Both the position numbers and the translations under genes were made by a program. Under the pieces are notes generated by a model that was not told where the DNA came from, searched no databases, and was given only the letters and a program-made list of their open reading frames with translations. Positions 1-10,226 of a stretch of 64,000 nucleotides of DNA are shown piece after piece. The DNA is from Mycobacterium sp. (GTDB lineage: Bacteria > Actinomycetota > Actinomycetes > Mycobacteriales > Mycobacteriaceae): NCBI GenBank assembly GCA_050701515.1, contig JBOGDB010000104.1; one strand, 5' to 3'. Within the stretch, counting starts at the first letter, position 1; every line of letters starts with the position of its first letter.

Positions 1-78
1 GAGTACAGCGGTGTCGCTCACCAATCGTTGATACCCCGTCACCCGATCTTGACACTTGACGGGCGACAATGGAGGGCG

Positions 79-2133
79 ATGGACTTCTACTCCGCCTATG
101 GCCAGGGCTTCGTGCGCGTGGCCGCCTGCACCCTGCACACCACCATCGGGGAGCCCGCGGCCAACGCCGAATCGGTGCTGCGGCTGGCCCGGGCCTGCCA
201 CGACGACGGTGTCGGTTTGGCGGTGTTTCCCGAGCTGACGCTGTCGGGTTACTCGATCGAGGACATCCTGATGCAGGACGCGCTGCTGGACGCGGTGGAG
301 GACGCGTTGCTCGACGTCGTGGTGGCCTCGGCCGAGCTGCTGCCGGTGCTCGTGGTAGGCGCGCCGCTGCGCTACCACCACCGCATCTACAACACCGCCG
401 TGGTGATCCACCGGGGCCGGGTGCTGGGCGTGGTGCCCAAGTCGTATCTGCCGACCTACCGCGAGTTCTACGAAAGTCGTCAGATGGCCGCGGGCGACAA
501 CGTGCGCGGTGTGATCCGGATGGGTGGGGGAGCGACCGGCGCCGCGGTTCCGTTCGGCCCCGACCTGCTTTTCGCCGCTGCCGATCTGCCCGGCTTCGTC
601 CTCCACGTCGAGATCTGTGAGGACATGTTCGTGCCGATACCGCCCAGCGCGCAGGCCGCGCTGGCGGGCGGCACGGTGATCGCGAACCTGTCCGGCAGCC
701 CGATCACCATCGGCCGCGCCGAGGACCGCTGCCTGCTGGCCCGCTCGGCGTCGTCGCGCTGCCTGGCGGCCTACGTGTACGCCGCGGCAGGTGAAGGCGA
801 GTCGACCACCGATCTGGCCTGGGACGGCCAGACCATGATCTGGGAAAACGGGGTGCTGCTTGCCGACTCGGAGCGCTTCCCGCGGGGTGAGCGCCGCTCC
901 GTCGCGGATGTCGACACCGAGCTGCTGCGCTCGGAGCGGCTGCGGATGGGCACCTTCGACGACAACCGGGTGCACCATGACATCGCCGCGGAGTCATTCC
1001 GGCGCATCGAATTTCAGCTCGACCCGCCGAGTGGGGATATCGGTCTGCGCCGCGAGGTGGAGCGGTTCCCGTTTGTGCCCGCGGATCAGACACGACTGCA
1101 ACAGGATTGCTACGAGGCGTACAACATCCAGGTGGCCGGCCTGGAGCAGCGGCTACGCGCACTAAACTTCCCGAAGGTGGTTATCGGTGTGTCCGGCGGC
1201 CTGGACTCGACACATGCGCTGATCGTGGCCGCCCGGGCCATGGATCGGGAAAACCGCCCGCGCAGCGACATTCTGGCGTTCACACTGCCGGGCTTTGCCA
1301 CCGGTGAACGCACCAAGGGCAACGCGATCCGGCTCGCCGATGCCTTGGGCGTCACGTTCGAGGAGATCGACATCAGCGACACCGCAAAGCTGATGCTGAC
1401 CGAAATCGGCCACCCCTTCGGGCGCGGCGAGGAGGTCTACGACGTCACCTTCGAGAACGTGCAGGCCGGCCTGCGTACCGACTATCTCTTCCGCATCGCC
1501 AACCAGCGCGGCGGAATCGTGCTCGGCACCGGCGATCTGTCCGAGTTGGCGCTGGGCTGGTCGACTTACGGTGTCGGCGACCAGATGTCGCATTACAACG
1601 TGAACGGTGGCGTGCCCAAGACGCTGATTCAGCACCTGATCCGCTGGGTGGTCTCATCGGGCCAGTTTGACGACCGGGTGAACGAGGTGCTGCGGTCGGT
1701 GCTGGACACCGAGATCAGCCCGGAGCTGATTCCCACCGGGGAAGACGAGGAGATCCAGAGCAGCGAAGACAAGGTCGGGCCGTACGTGCTGCAGGACTTC
1801 TCCCTGTTTCACGTGCTGCGGTACGGCTTCCGGCCGTCGAAGATCACCTTTCTGGCCTGGCATGCCTGGAGCGACCCCAAGCGCGGCGACTGGCCCGCCG
1901 GATACCCCGAGGACAAGCGGCCTGCGTACTCGCTCAAGGAGATTCGGCACTGGCTCCAGGTATTCGTGCAGCGTTACTACTCGTTCGCCCAGTTCAAGAG
2001 GTCGGCAATCCCGAACGGGCCCAAGGTATCGCACGGCGGATCGTTGTCTCCGCGCGGCGACTGGCGGGCGCCCTCGGACATGTCCGCCAGAACCTGGCTG
2101 GATGAGATCGAACGTGAAGTACCTGAGGACTGA
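79..2133 (+). CDS. nadE: Glutamine-dependent NAD+ synthetase
   Basis: N-terminal nitrilase-fold glutaminase (FPEL, EICED) and synthetase P-loop GVSGGLDS. Start moved to ATG 79, after GGAGGG at 71-76. Confidence 0.95.
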   Translation: MDFYSAYGQGFVRVAACTLHTTIGEPAANAESVLRLARACHDDGVGLAVFPELTLSGYSIEDILMQDALLDAVEDALLDVVVASAELLPVLVVGAPLRYHHRIYNTAVVIHRGRVLGVVPKSYLPTYREFYESRQMAAGDNVRGVIRMGGGATGAAVPFGPDLLFAAADLPGFVLHVEICEDMFVPIPPSAQAALAGGTVIANLSGSPITIGRAEDRCLLARSASSRCLAAYVYAAAGEGESTTDLAWDGQTMIWENGVLLADSERFPRGERRSVADVDTELLRSERLRMGTFDDNRVHHDIAAESFRRIEFQLDPPSGDIGLRREVERFPFVPADQTRLQQDCYEAYNIQVAGLEQRLRALNFPKVVIGVSGGLDSTHALIVAARAMDRENRPRSDILAFTLPGFATGERTKGNAIRLADALGVTFEEIDISDTAKLMLTEIGHPFGRGEEVYDVTFENVQAGLRTDYLFRIANQRGGIVLGTGDLSELALGWSTYGVGDQMSHYNVNGGVPKTLIQHLIRWVVSSGQFDDRVNEVLRSVLDTEISPELIPTGEDEEIQSSEDKVGPYVLQDFSLFHVLRYGFRPSKITFLAWHAWSDPKRGDWPAGYPEDKRPAYSLKEIRHWLQVFVQRYYSFAQFKRSAIPNGPKVSHGGSLSPRGDWRAPSDMSARTWLDEIEREVPED

Positions 2134-2137
2134 GCTG

Positions 2138-2341
2138 CTAGCCGTCGGACCCTCTGGATCCGAACCCGCGCAGCTTGCCGGCGCTGACCCCGCCGTAGGC
2201 CGCCCCGGCCAGCGCTCCGACGGTCGACCACCACCACTGATCGGTCATCGCCGCCACGGTCACGCCGATGACCAGGCCGAAGATCAACGGCATCCATAGC
2301 CATCCGTTGCCTTGCTTGCTGTTCGTCTGCTTGGGGGCCAT
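2138..2341 (-). CDS. Small two-helix membrane protein, hypothetical
   Basis: Short ORF with two hydrophobic, Gly-rich stretches (WLWMPLIFGLVIGVTVAA; WWWSTVGALAGAAYGG). Start 2341 or 2350. Confidence 0.55.
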   Translation of the reverse strand: MAPKQTNSKQGNGWLWMPLIFGLVIGVTVAAMTDQWWWSTVGALAGAAYGGVSAGKLRGFGSRGSDG

Positions 2342-2449
2342 GGATTCCACGCTAGCCTGCGACGGCAGAAGCGCAGCTCAGGCGGAAATTCATTTCCTTG
2401 TCATCTTGGGGCCCATGATGCCGTCGGCGGTCCTAAGCTGTTATGTCTG

Positions 2450-3244
2450 ATGGGACTGCACGAGGTCCGGGCCGGCCCGGGGGAGCTGACGGCAGGGGCC
2501 GGCGTACCACTTCATCGTCAGGTTTTCCTTGTGTTGCACGACGAAATCGCACACGGCGCCCTCGCTCCTGGAGACTCGTTGCCCACCGAGCAAGTGCTCT
2601 GTGATCAATTCGGAGTCTCCCGCATCACCGTCCGTCGTGCCTTGGCCCACCTGGCGGACGCGGGGCTGATCGAGCGGCGTCAGGGCGTGGGATCCTTTGT
2701 ACGCGAACGTATTCCATCATCGGCTCAAGCTCCAAGTTCGGACCCTGACAAGACCCAATTCGAGACCGAGGTCGACGTGATCGACTTGGACGTCAGGCCC
2801 GTGCCGCGTGTCATCGCCGACCAACTCGGCTCGTCCGAGCAGTGCCTGCGTGTCCTCCGATTGCGTCGCGAACGTCGGACCGGTGAACCGCTGACGGTCA
2901 CCGAGGCATGGCTGCCGGCCGATCTGGCCGAGGTGATCACCGAAGCGGCACTGTCCCGGGCACCGCTGCACCGCCTGCTGTCACATGCCGGGATAGTGCT
3001 GGACCGAACCCAATACGAGATCACCGCCGAAGTAGCCGGACCTCGGAATGCCCGGTTGCTCGACACCGCGATCGGCTCGGCGTTGCTGCGGGTCAACCGG
3101 CTCAACTTCGCCGACGGAAGGCCACACCACTTCCGATCGAACCTGTTGTCGCCGAACCGAAGTCGACTGGTACTCAACCAGTCGGCGGCCCATCTGGAGA
3201 CGGGTGGGGAACTGGCGATCATGCACGACGTGCTGCGCGGCTAG
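2450..3244 (+). CDS. GntR family (HutC/UTRA-type) transcriptional regulator
   Basis: GntR wHTH motif LPTEQVLCDQFGVSRITVRRAL and a C-terminal UTRA-like domain. Start uncertain. Confidence 0.85.
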   Translation: MGLHEVRAGPGELTAGAGVPLHRQVFLVLHDEIAHGALAPGDSLPTEQVLCDQFGVSRITVRRALAHLADAGLIERRQGVGSFVRERIPSSAQAPSSDPDKTQFETEVDVIDLDVRPVPRVIADQLGSSEQCLRVLRLRRERRTGEPLTVTEAWLPADLAEVITEAALSRAPLHRLLSHAGIVLDRTQYEITAEVAGPRNARLLDTAIGSALLRVNRLNFADGRPHHFRSNLLSPNRSRLVLNQSAAHLETGGELAIMHDVLRG

Positions 3245-3846
3245 CGGGTGGTTCCCACGCCGGGGACGAAGCGGCCGACACTGGCGGTGTAGTCGCGGTA
3301 GATCTCACCGTGCTTCGTCAACAGGTAAGGCTCCTCGACGACGCGCACCTGGACCTCGATCGTCACGACCAATAGCGCGAAACCGACGATCGCCACTACG
3401 TTCGGCGTGATCAGCGCGATGCCCAGCCCGAATATCAGCATCGCGGTGAAGATCGGGTTGCGCACCAGTCCGAACACACCCTTGCGGACCAACGTCGTCG
3501 TCTCGGTGGGATCTACGCCGATCCGCCACGAGTCGCCCATGTCGATCTGCGCGTAGACCGCGGCGGCGATGCCCACCACCGCCAGCACGATCCCAACGAT
3601 GTGAATCCAGTTGGCCGCCAGGTTGTTCAGCGGAGAGACCACGTCAACCAGCTGCAGGGCCGGCGCGGCGAGCGCCGCGGTCAGCGCGGCCACGAAGCCC
3701 ACGCCGGCGAACCATTCCACCGAACCGACGCGGCCGCTGACCCCGCGGAAACCGGTCGATCCGGTGCGACGACGTTGTAGCCAGCTTCGCCAACCGAATC
3801 CGAGCAAGCCGAAGAGGGCGAAAAGCACAAGGGAGACAACGGGCAT
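3241..3846 (-). CDS. Isoprenylcysteine carboxyl methyltransferase (ICMT/PEMT) family membrane protein
   Basis: Motifs MGDSWRIG, GVFGLVRNPIF and EEPYLLTKHGEIYRDY. RBS AAAGGA lies 6 nt before ATG 3846. Confidence 0.85.
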   Translation of the reverse strand: MPVVSLVLFALFGLLGFGWRSWLQRRRTGSTGFRGVSGRVGSVEWFAGVGFVAALTAALAAPALQLVDVVSPLNNLAANWIHIVGIVLAVVGIAAAVYAQIDMGDSWRIGVDPTETTTLVRKGVFGLVRNPIFTAMLIFGLGIALITPNVVAIVGFALLVVTIEVQVRVVEEPYLLTKHGEIYRDYTASVGRFVPGVGTTR

Positions 3847-3857
3847 GATGATTCCTT

Positions 3858-4472
3858 TCACTGACAACATGTGTCGCCGCGCCACGCGTCGATGCCTTCC
3901 CGCACGGCGATCCCGGCGATGATGATCGCGGCGAGCGGATCGGCCCACGCCCAGCCCAGCAGGGCGTTGAGTAGCAGGCCGGCGAGCAGGGCGGCGGACA
4001 AGTACGTGCACAACAGCGTCTGCTTGGAATCCGCAACGGCCGAAACGGATCCGAATTCGCGGCCGGTCCGTCGTTGCGCCCAGGACAGCACCGGCATCAC
4101 CACCAGGCTGGCGGCGGCCAGGCCGATGCCGACCGCTGATGGCCTGGCCTCGCCCACGCCCAGCAGTGAAATCACGGCATCGACGGTGACGTAGGCCGCC
4201 AGCGCGAAGAACGAGAACGCGATGAACCGCAGTGCCGCCTTCTCCCGGGTTTCGGGATCTCTTGCGGAGAACTGCCACGCAACCGCGGCCGCCGATGCCA
4301 CCTCGATCACCGAATCCAAACCGAAGCCGATCAGCGCCGACGACGACACCCGCGTGCCCTCGGCCAACGCCACCACCGCTTCGACAATGTTGTAGGTGAT
4401 GGTTGCGACGACCAACCATCGAATGCGGCGCGCGAGAACATCGCGGCGCGCAAGCGGTTGTGCGGCGGTCAT
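3858..4472 (-). CDS. Cation diffusion facilitator-like metal transporter (TM domain only)
   Basis: Motifs FGLDSVIE, ADSKQTLLC and WADPLAA. Start overlaps the ArsR stop (TGATG). C-terminus TCCQ. Confidence 0.85.
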   Translation of the reverse strand: MTAAQPLARRDVLARRIRWLVVATITYNIVEAVVALAEGTRVSSSALIGFGLDSVIEVASAAAVAWQFSARDPETREKAALRFIAFSFFALAAYVTVDAVISLLGVGEARPSAVGIGLAAASLVVMPVLSWAQRRTGREFGSVSAVADSKQTLLCTYLSAALLAGLLLNALLGWAWADPLAAIIIAGIAVREGIDAWRGDTCCQ

Positions 4473-4801
4473 CAGCAGCAGGCGTCGGCTTCGGCGGCCG
4501 GGCAGCAGGCCGGATCGACGGTGAGCACCAGGCCGAGCAGATCGCCGAGGGCGTGACCGATCCGGTCGTCGGCCAGTTCGTAGCGGCTGCGCCGGCCCTC
4601 GGGCTCGGCGACCACCAGGCCGCAGCCGCGCAGGCAGGCCAGGTGATTGGACAGGATCTGCCGGGACACCCCGATCTTGTCGGCTAGCTCGGAGGGGTAG
4701 CCGGGCGCGTCGCGCAGCATCAGCAGGATCTCGGCGCGGGTGGGATCGGACAGCGCGCATCCGAACCGGGACAGGGCGTCGCTGTGGGTCACCGTCTGCA
4801 T
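4472..4801 (-). CDS. cmtR: ArsR/SmtB metalloregulator, CmtR-like (Cd/Pb sensor)
   Basis: ALSDPTR...SNHLACLRGCGLV matches CmtR as I recall it; Cys-rich C-terminal tail (ACC...ACC). Confidence 0.75.
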   Translation of the reverse strand: MQTVTHSDALSRFGCALSDPTRAEILLMLRDAPGYPSELADKIGVSRQILSNHLACLRGCGLVVAEPEGRRSRYELADDRIGHALGDLLGLVLTVDPACCPAAEADACC

Positions 4802-4808
4802 GACCGGA

Positions 4809-4828
4809 ACAGTACATCAGATTCTGTA
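4809..4828 (-). promoter_or_regulatory. Leaderless promoter (-10 TACTGT) with overlapping TACA-N8-TGTA palindrome, candidate CmtR operator
   Basis: On the minus strand TACTGT lies 7 nt before ATG 4801. The palindrome spans 4813-4828. Confidence 0.5.
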
Positions 4829-4852
4829 TTCAGGGAAGGGTGAACTATCCGC

Positions 4853-5686
4853 TCAGATCCGGCCGTCGAGCCGCAGCTCGGGATGCACCCAGTCCGGCGA
4901 CCGTCGCTCCTTGAACGCCCGGTAGCCCTCGGCCGCCTCCGCGCCGCTGTAGGAGGCCTGCATGCCGATCCGGTCGAATAGTCCCAGGTAGTTGTCCAGG
5001 CTGGCCTTCACCACACTCCTGGCGGCCGGCGCGGTCCGACAGCACTGGGCCAGCACGTCGCGGGCGGCGGCCGGCAATTCGTCGTGTGGCACCACCCGGG
5101 CGACCATGCCCCAATCCGCTGCCTCCTGGGCACTCAGTGTCCGGCCGGTCAGCATCAGGTCGCGGGTGCGGACCGGGCCGATCAGGCGGGCCAGCATCTG
5201 GCTGTAGTAGGTATCGGCAATACCCCGGAACAGCTCGGGCACCCGGAACGTCGCGCGGTCGCTGACCACGGCCATGTCGCTGCACAGGGCGATCTGCAGC
5301 CCGCCGCCCTGACACAGCCCGTTGACCGCCGAGACCACCGGTTTTACCGACTGGCGCAGCTTCTCGAACGGTGTGACATCCATTCCGAGCGCTGCCCCGA
5401 AGGTGAGCCAGTTGTCCCCGTCTTCCCTGCCGCCGCCGCCCATGTCGCCGCCGGGGGCGAAAACGTCGCCGGTGCCGGTGATCAGCAGGCCGGCCAGATC
5501 CGGGTCGGCCTCGACGCGACCGACCGCGTACCTGATGCCGAAGTACATCGCCGGCGTCATCGCGTTGCGCGCCTCCGGCCGGTCCAGCGTGCATATTGCG
5601 AACGGCCCTTCGCGCGTGAAGGTCAAGAACTGCGAGCCCAGCCAATCACCGTCGGGCGGGCGCGGGCTGGGGTCAGTTGTCGGCAT
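4853..5686 (-). CDS. Enoyl-CoA hydratase/isomerase family protein
   Basis: Crotonase motifs FAPGGDM and AVNGLCQGGG. Confidence 0.9.
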   Translation of the reverse strand: MPTTDPSPRPPDGDWLGSQFLTFTREGPFAICTLDRPEARNAMTPAMYFGIRYAVGRVEADPDLAGLLITGTGDVFAPGGDMGGGGREDGDNWLTFGAALGMDVTPFEKLRQSVKPVVSAVNGLCQGGGLQIALCSDMAVVSDRATFRVPELFRGIADTYYSQMLARLIGPVRTRDLMLTGRTLSAQEAADWGMVARVVPHDELPAAARDVLAQCCRTAPAARSVVKASLDNYLGLFDRIGMQASYSGAEAAEGYRAFKERRSPDWVHPELRLDGRI

Positions 5687-5697
5687 GGGACCTACGC

Positions 5698-6564
5698 CTA
5701 CCTGGTGGCGACGGCGCCGTCAATCGCGTCGGCGAACGGCGCGCAGTCACCCGCCCCCAATACCAGCGTCGCCAGCGCACCCGCCGCGCAGGCGCGCCAC
5801 AGCGCCTCTTCGTGACCGGTCGGCCATCCCGCGGCCAGCACACCGGCGAACACATCGCCCGCGCCGGTGGTGTCGACGGCGTCGACTGCTGGTGCCGGCA
5901 CGTCGAAGCGCTCGTCGTCGCCGAGATAGCTGGCGCCGCGCGCACCCCGGGTGATCACCAGATGGCGTACCGGCCAATGCCAGTCACGCGCCTCTGATTC
6001 GTTGACCACGACGACGTCGGCCAGCTCGGCCAGCGCAGTCAGGTCATGTGTTGCCGCACCTGGCGGTGACGCGTTGACGATCACGACGGCACCGGCGTTT
6101 CGGGCCAACTGCGCGGCGGCGACGGCCGTGGCGACCGGGATCTCCAGCTGCAGCAGCAACACGTCGCTGTCGGCGACGACGGCCTGGACCGCGGGGGAGT
6201 CCACGGTCAGCAGGGCATTGGCGCCCGGCGCGACGACGATGGTGTTCTCGGCGGCGGCGTCGACCACGATGACCGCCGATCCGCTGGGCCCGGGCGCGCG
6301 GACGACCGCGTCCACACCGACCCGGTTGGCCTGCAGGTGGGCCCGCAGCTGGTCGGCCGCCGGGTCGTCGCCCAGGGCCGCGACGAGTTGCACGTGCGCT
6401 CCGGCGCGCGCGGCGGCCACCGCCTGATTACCGCCCTTACCGCCGGGAATCGAGTGCACCGAGGAGGCCAACACCGTTTCGCCCGGATGGGGCAAGGCGG
6501 CGACGTTGAAGACCTGGTCCGTGTTGACGCTGCCCACCACGCACACCCGCGCCGCCATAGTCAA
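5698..6564 (-). CDS. rbsK: Ribokinase (PfkB family)
   Basis: [14 protein letters not shown] and DTTGAGDVF signatures. Confidence 0.9.
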   Translation of the reverse strand: MTMAARVCVVGSVNTDQVFNVAALPHPGETVLASSVHSIPGGKGGNQAVAAARAGAHVQLVAALGDDPAADQLRAHLQANRVGVDAVVRAPGPSGSAVIVVDAAAENTIVVAPGANALLTVDSPAVQAVVADSDVLLLQLEIPVATAVAAAQLARNAGAVVIVNASPPGAATHDLTALAELADVVVVNESEARDWHWPVRHLVITRGARGASYLGDDERFDVPAPAVDAVDTTGAGDVFAGVLAAGWPTGHEEALWRACAAGALATLVLGAGDCAPFADAIDGAVATR

Positions 6565-6618
6565 AAGTTAGACCAGCGCGCCCGTCAGCGCCCCACTCAG
6601 GTTCGATACGCTGGAATA

Positions 6619-7866
6619 ATGAGTTTGCAAGCACCGCCGCTTCGCGACTTGCGCGCGCAGGTGCACGACGCCGCGCGCCGGGCCCGCGTGGCCGCCCGCA
6701 CTCTGGCCACGCTGAACACGGAGACCAAGGACCGCGCCCTGCATGCGGCCGCCGACGCCGTGCTCGCGCGCATGCACGACATCCTCGCCGCCAACGAGGA
6801 GGACCTGGAGGCCGCCCGCGCCGCGGGGACACCGGCCGCCATGCTGGACCGCCTCGCGCTCAACCCGCAGCGTGTCGACGGCATCGCCCAAGGCCTGCGT
6901 CAGGTCGCCGGTCTGCCCGATCCGATCGGCGAACTGGTGCGCGGCCGCACCCTGCCGAACGGCCTGCAGCTGCGCCAGCAGCGGGTACCGCTCGGTGTGG
7001 TCGGCATGGTCTACGAGGGCCGGCCCAACGTCACCGTGGACGCGTTCGGACTGACGCTGAAGTCCGGCAATGCCGTGCTGTTGCGCGGCAGTTCGTCCGC
7101 GGTGCGCTCCAATGCGGCACTGGTATTGGCGTTGCGGACCGCGCTGCTGGCCGAGCAGCTGCCCGAGGATGCGGTGCAACTGCTGCCGGCCGACGACCGT
7201 GCCAGCGTCACCCATCTGATCCAGGCGCGCGGCCTTGTCGACGTGGTGATCCCGCGCGGTGGGGCCGGGCTGATCGATGCGGTGGTGCGCGACGCAATGG
7301 TGCCGACCATCGAGACCGGAGTCGGCAATTGCCATGTGTACGTGCATGAGTCGGCCGATCTGGATGTCGCCGAACGAATTCTGCTGAACTCCAAGACCCG
7401 CCGCCCCAGCGTGTGCAATGCCGCCGAGTCACTGCTGGTCGACGCGGCGATCGCCGACCGCGCGCTGCCCCGATTGATGCGCGCGCTGCAGGATGCCGGC
7501 GTCACCGTGCACACCGACCCCGACGAGGACGATCTGCGTGCCGAGTTCCTGTCGATGGACATCGCGCTGGCCGTGGTGGACGGGCTGGACGCCGCGATCG
7601 ACCACGTCAACGAATACGGCACCGGCCACACCGAAGCCATCGTGACGACGAACCACGCTGCGGCGCAACGGTTCACCGAACGAGTCGACGCGGCAGCGGT
7701 GATGGTCAACGCTTCGACGGCGTTCACCGACGGCGAGCAGTTCGGCTTCGGCGCCGAGATCGGCATCTCCACCCAAAAGCTGCACGCTCGCGGACCGATG
7801 GGTCTACCAGAATTGACTTCAACCAAGTGGATCGTGTTCGGCGACGGGCACACCCGACCTGCCTGA
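6619..7866 (+). CDS. proA: Gamma-glutamyl phosphate reductase
   Basis: Motifs [24 protein letters not shown] and [10 protein letters not shown]. Start ATG 6619 follows a TACGCT -10-like box. Confidence 0.95.
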   Translation: MSLQAPPLRDLRAQVHDAARRARVAARTLATLNTETKDRALHAAADAVLARMHDILAANEEDLEAARAAGTPAAMLDRLALNPQRVDGIAQGLRQVAGLPDPIGELVRGRTLPNGLQLRQQRVPLGVVGMVYEGRPNVTVDAFGLTLKSGNAVLLRGSSSAVRSNAALVLALRTALLAEQLPEDAVQLLPADDRASVTHLIQARGLVDVVIPRGGAGLIDAVVRDAMVPTIETGVGNCHVYVHESADLDVAERILLNSKTRRPSVCNAAESLLVDAAIADRALPRLMRALQDAGVTVHTDPDEDDLRAEFLSMDIALAVVDGLDAAIDHVNEYGTGHTEAIVTTNHAAAQRFTERVDAAAVMVNASTAFTDGEQFGFGAEIGISTQKLHARGPMGLPELTSTKWIVFGDGHTRPA

Positions 7867-7882
7867 TGACAGGAGCAACACA

Positions 7883-8758
7883 GTGAGCGTCCCCGCGCGC
7901 CCGGTACCGCTGTTCGCAGACATCGACGATGTGGCCCGACGGCTGTCCGAAACCGGCTATCTGCCCGACACCGCAACGGCCACCGCGGTGTTCCTCGCCG
8001 ACCGGCTGGGTAAGCCGCTGTTGGTGGAGGGCCCGGCCGGCGTCGGCAAGACCGAATTGGCCCGCGCGGTCGCGCAGGCCACCGGCTCGGGCCTGGTGCG
8101 GCTGCAGTGCTACGAGGGTGTCGACGAGGCCCGCGCGCTCTACGAGTGGAACCACGCCAAGCAGATCCTGCGGATCCAGGCCGGGTCCGGCGATTGGGAC
8201 CAAACCAAGACCGACGTCTTCTCCGAAGAGTTCCTGTTGTCGCGTCCGCTGCTGACCGCCATCCGCCGCAGCGAGCCCACCGTGCTGCTGGTCGACGAGA
8301 CCGACAAGGCCGACATCGAAATCGAGGGTCTGCTGCTCGAGGTGCTCAGCGATTTCGCGGTGACGGTCCCCGAGCTGGGCACCATCACCGCCGAGCGCGC
8401 GCCGTTCGTCCTGCTCACCTCCAACGCCACCCGCGAGCTGTCGGAGGCGCTCAAGCGGCGTTGCCTGTTCCTGCACATCGACTTCCCCGATCCCGACCTG
8501 GAGCGCCGCATCCTGCTGTCGCGGGTGCCCGAACTGCCCGAGCACCTGGCCGACGAACTGGTGCGCATCATCGGCGTGCTGCGCGGCATGCAGCTGAAGA
8601 AGCTGCCGTCGGTGGCCGAAACCATCGACTGGGGGCGCACCGTGCTGGCGCTCGGGCTGGACACCATCAGCGACGAGACCATCGCGGCCACCCTCGGGGT
8701 GGTGCTCAAGCACCAGTCCGATAATCAGCGTGCCAGCGGGGAGCTGAGGCTGAACTGA
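7883..8758 (+). CDS. MoxR-family AAA+ ATPase (Rv2426c-like)
   Basis: Walker A EGPAGVGKT, Walker B LLVDETDK, and ALKRRC. Confidence 0.9.
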   Translation: MSVPARPVPLFADIDDVARRLSETGYLPDTATATAVFLADRLGKPLLVEGPAGVGKTELARAVAQATGSGLVRLQCYEGVDEARALYEWNHAKQILRIQAGSGDWDQTKTDVFSEEFLLSRPLLTAIRRSEPTVLLVDETDKADIEIEGLLLEVLSDFAVTVPELGTITAERAPFVLLTSNATRELSEALKRRCLFLHIDFPDPDLERRILLSRVPELPEHLADELVRIIGVLRGMQLKKLPSVAETIDWGRTVLALGLDTISDETIAATLGVVLKHQSDNQRASGELRLN

Positions 8759-10200
8759 TGGCCGTCCGTCGCACCCGCCCGCCGCAACCACTGGCGCCAA
8801 ACGGCATCCCGGGGCACCTGGTGGAGTTCGTGGAAGCCCTGCGCGGGCAGGGGATTTCGGTGGGGCCATCGGAAACCGTCGACGCCGGCCGGGTAATGGC
8901 CACTCTGGGACTCGGCGACCGGGAGGTGCTGCGCGAGGGCATCGCGTGCGCGGTGCTGCGCCGCCCCGACCACCGCGACACCTACGACGCCATGTTCGAC
9001 CTGTGGTTCCCGGCCGCACTCGGATCGAAGACGGTGCTGGATGACGACGATGACAGCGGTGCGCCCGACGGTCTCCCGCCCGAGGACGTCGAGGCGATGC
9101 GGGCGGCGTTGCTCGACCTGTTGGCGGACAACCCCGACCTGGAGAACCTCGACGAGCGGCTGGCGGCGATGATCGCGCAGATTGTCGAGGCCTACGGCCG
9201 CTACAGCTCCAGCCGTGGCCCGTCGTACTCGTCGTATCAGGCGCTCAAGGCGATGGCCCTGGACGACCTCGAGGGACGGCTGCTGGCCGGGTTGCTGGCG
9301 CCCTACGGCGACGAACCCACACCGACCCAGGAGCAGATCGCCAAAGCAATTGCTGCGCAGCGTATCTCGCAACTGCGCAAGATGGTGGAAGCGGAGACCA
9401 AGCGCCGCACCGCCGAACAGCTGGGCCGCGACCATGTGCAGATGTACGGCATACCGCAGCTGGCCGAGAACGTCGAATTCCTGCGCGCGTCCGGTGACCA
9501 GCTTCGTCAGATGCGCCGAGTGGTTGCCCCGCTGGCGCGCACCCTGGCCACCCGGCTGGCCGCGCGTCGCCGCCGGTCCCGGGCCGGCGAGATCGACCTG
9601 CGCAAGACGCTGCGCAAGTCGATGTCGACCGGTGGCGTCCCGATCGACGTGGTGCTGAAGAAGCCGCACCCGGCCCGGCCCGAGCTGGTGGTGCTGTGCG
9701 ACGTCTCCGGCTCGGTGGCCGGCTTCAGCCACTTCACGCTGCTGCTGGTGCACGCGTTGCGGCAGCAGTTCTCCCGCGTTCGCGTCTTTGCGTTCATCGA
9801 CACCACCGACGAGGTCACCGAGCTGTTCGGCCCCGACGCCGACCTGGCCGTCGCGGTGCAGCGCATCACCCGCGAAGCGGGCGTGTACACCCGTGACGGC
9901 CACTCCGACTACGGCAACGCGTTCGTCTCGTTCCTGGACAAGTACCCGAACGTGCTGTCGCCGCGCAGCTCGCTGCTGGTGCTCGGCGACGGACGCAACA
10001 ATTACCGCAACCCGGAAACGGACCTGCTGGAGCACATGGTCACCGCGAGCCGGCACGCGCACTGGCTCAACCCGGAGCCCAGGCACCTGTGGGGCAGTGG
10101 CGACTCGGCGGTGCCGCGCTATCAGGACGTGATCACCATGCACGAATGCCGGTCGGCCAAGCAGCTGGCGGTGGTGATCGACCAGCTTTTGCCCGTCTAG
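8758..10200 (+). CDS. vWA (CoxE-like) domain protein (Rv2425c-like)
   Basis: MIDAS-like CDVSGS, LGDGRNN and WLNPEP; translationally coupled to the MoxR gene. Confidence 0.9.
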   Translation: MAVRRTRPPQPLAPNGIPGHLVEFVEALRGQGISVGPSETVDAGRVMATLGLGDREVLREGIACAVLRRPDHRDTYDAMFDLWFPAALGSKTVLDDDDDSGAPDGLPPEDVEAMRAALLDLLADNPDLENLDERLAAMIAQIVEAYGRYSSSRGPSYSSYQALKAMALDDLEGRLLAGLLAPYGDEPTPTQEQIAKAIAAQRISQLRKMVEAETKRRTAEQLGRDHVQMYGIPQLAENVEFLRASGDQLRQMRRVVAPLARTLATRLAARRRRSRAGEIDLRKTLRKSMSTGGVPIDVVLKKPHPARPELVVLCDVSGSVAGFSHFTLLLVHALRQQFSRVRVFAFIDTTDEVTELFGPDADLAVAVQRITREAGVYTRDGHSDYGNAFVSFLDKYPNVLSPRSSLLVLGDGRNNYRNPETDLLEHMVTASRHAHWLNPEPRHLWGSGDSAVPRYQDVITMHECRSAKQLAVVIDQLLPV

Positions 10201-10215
10201 GTAACCGCCGGCCCT
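10180..10215 (+). repeat. 36-bp direct repeat, copy 1 (vWA gene 3' end plus 15 nt)
   Basis: gaccagcttttgcccgtctaggtaaccgccggccct is 35/36 identical to 11146-11181. Confidence 0.95.
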
Positions 10216-10226
10216 TCGCCCGGCTC

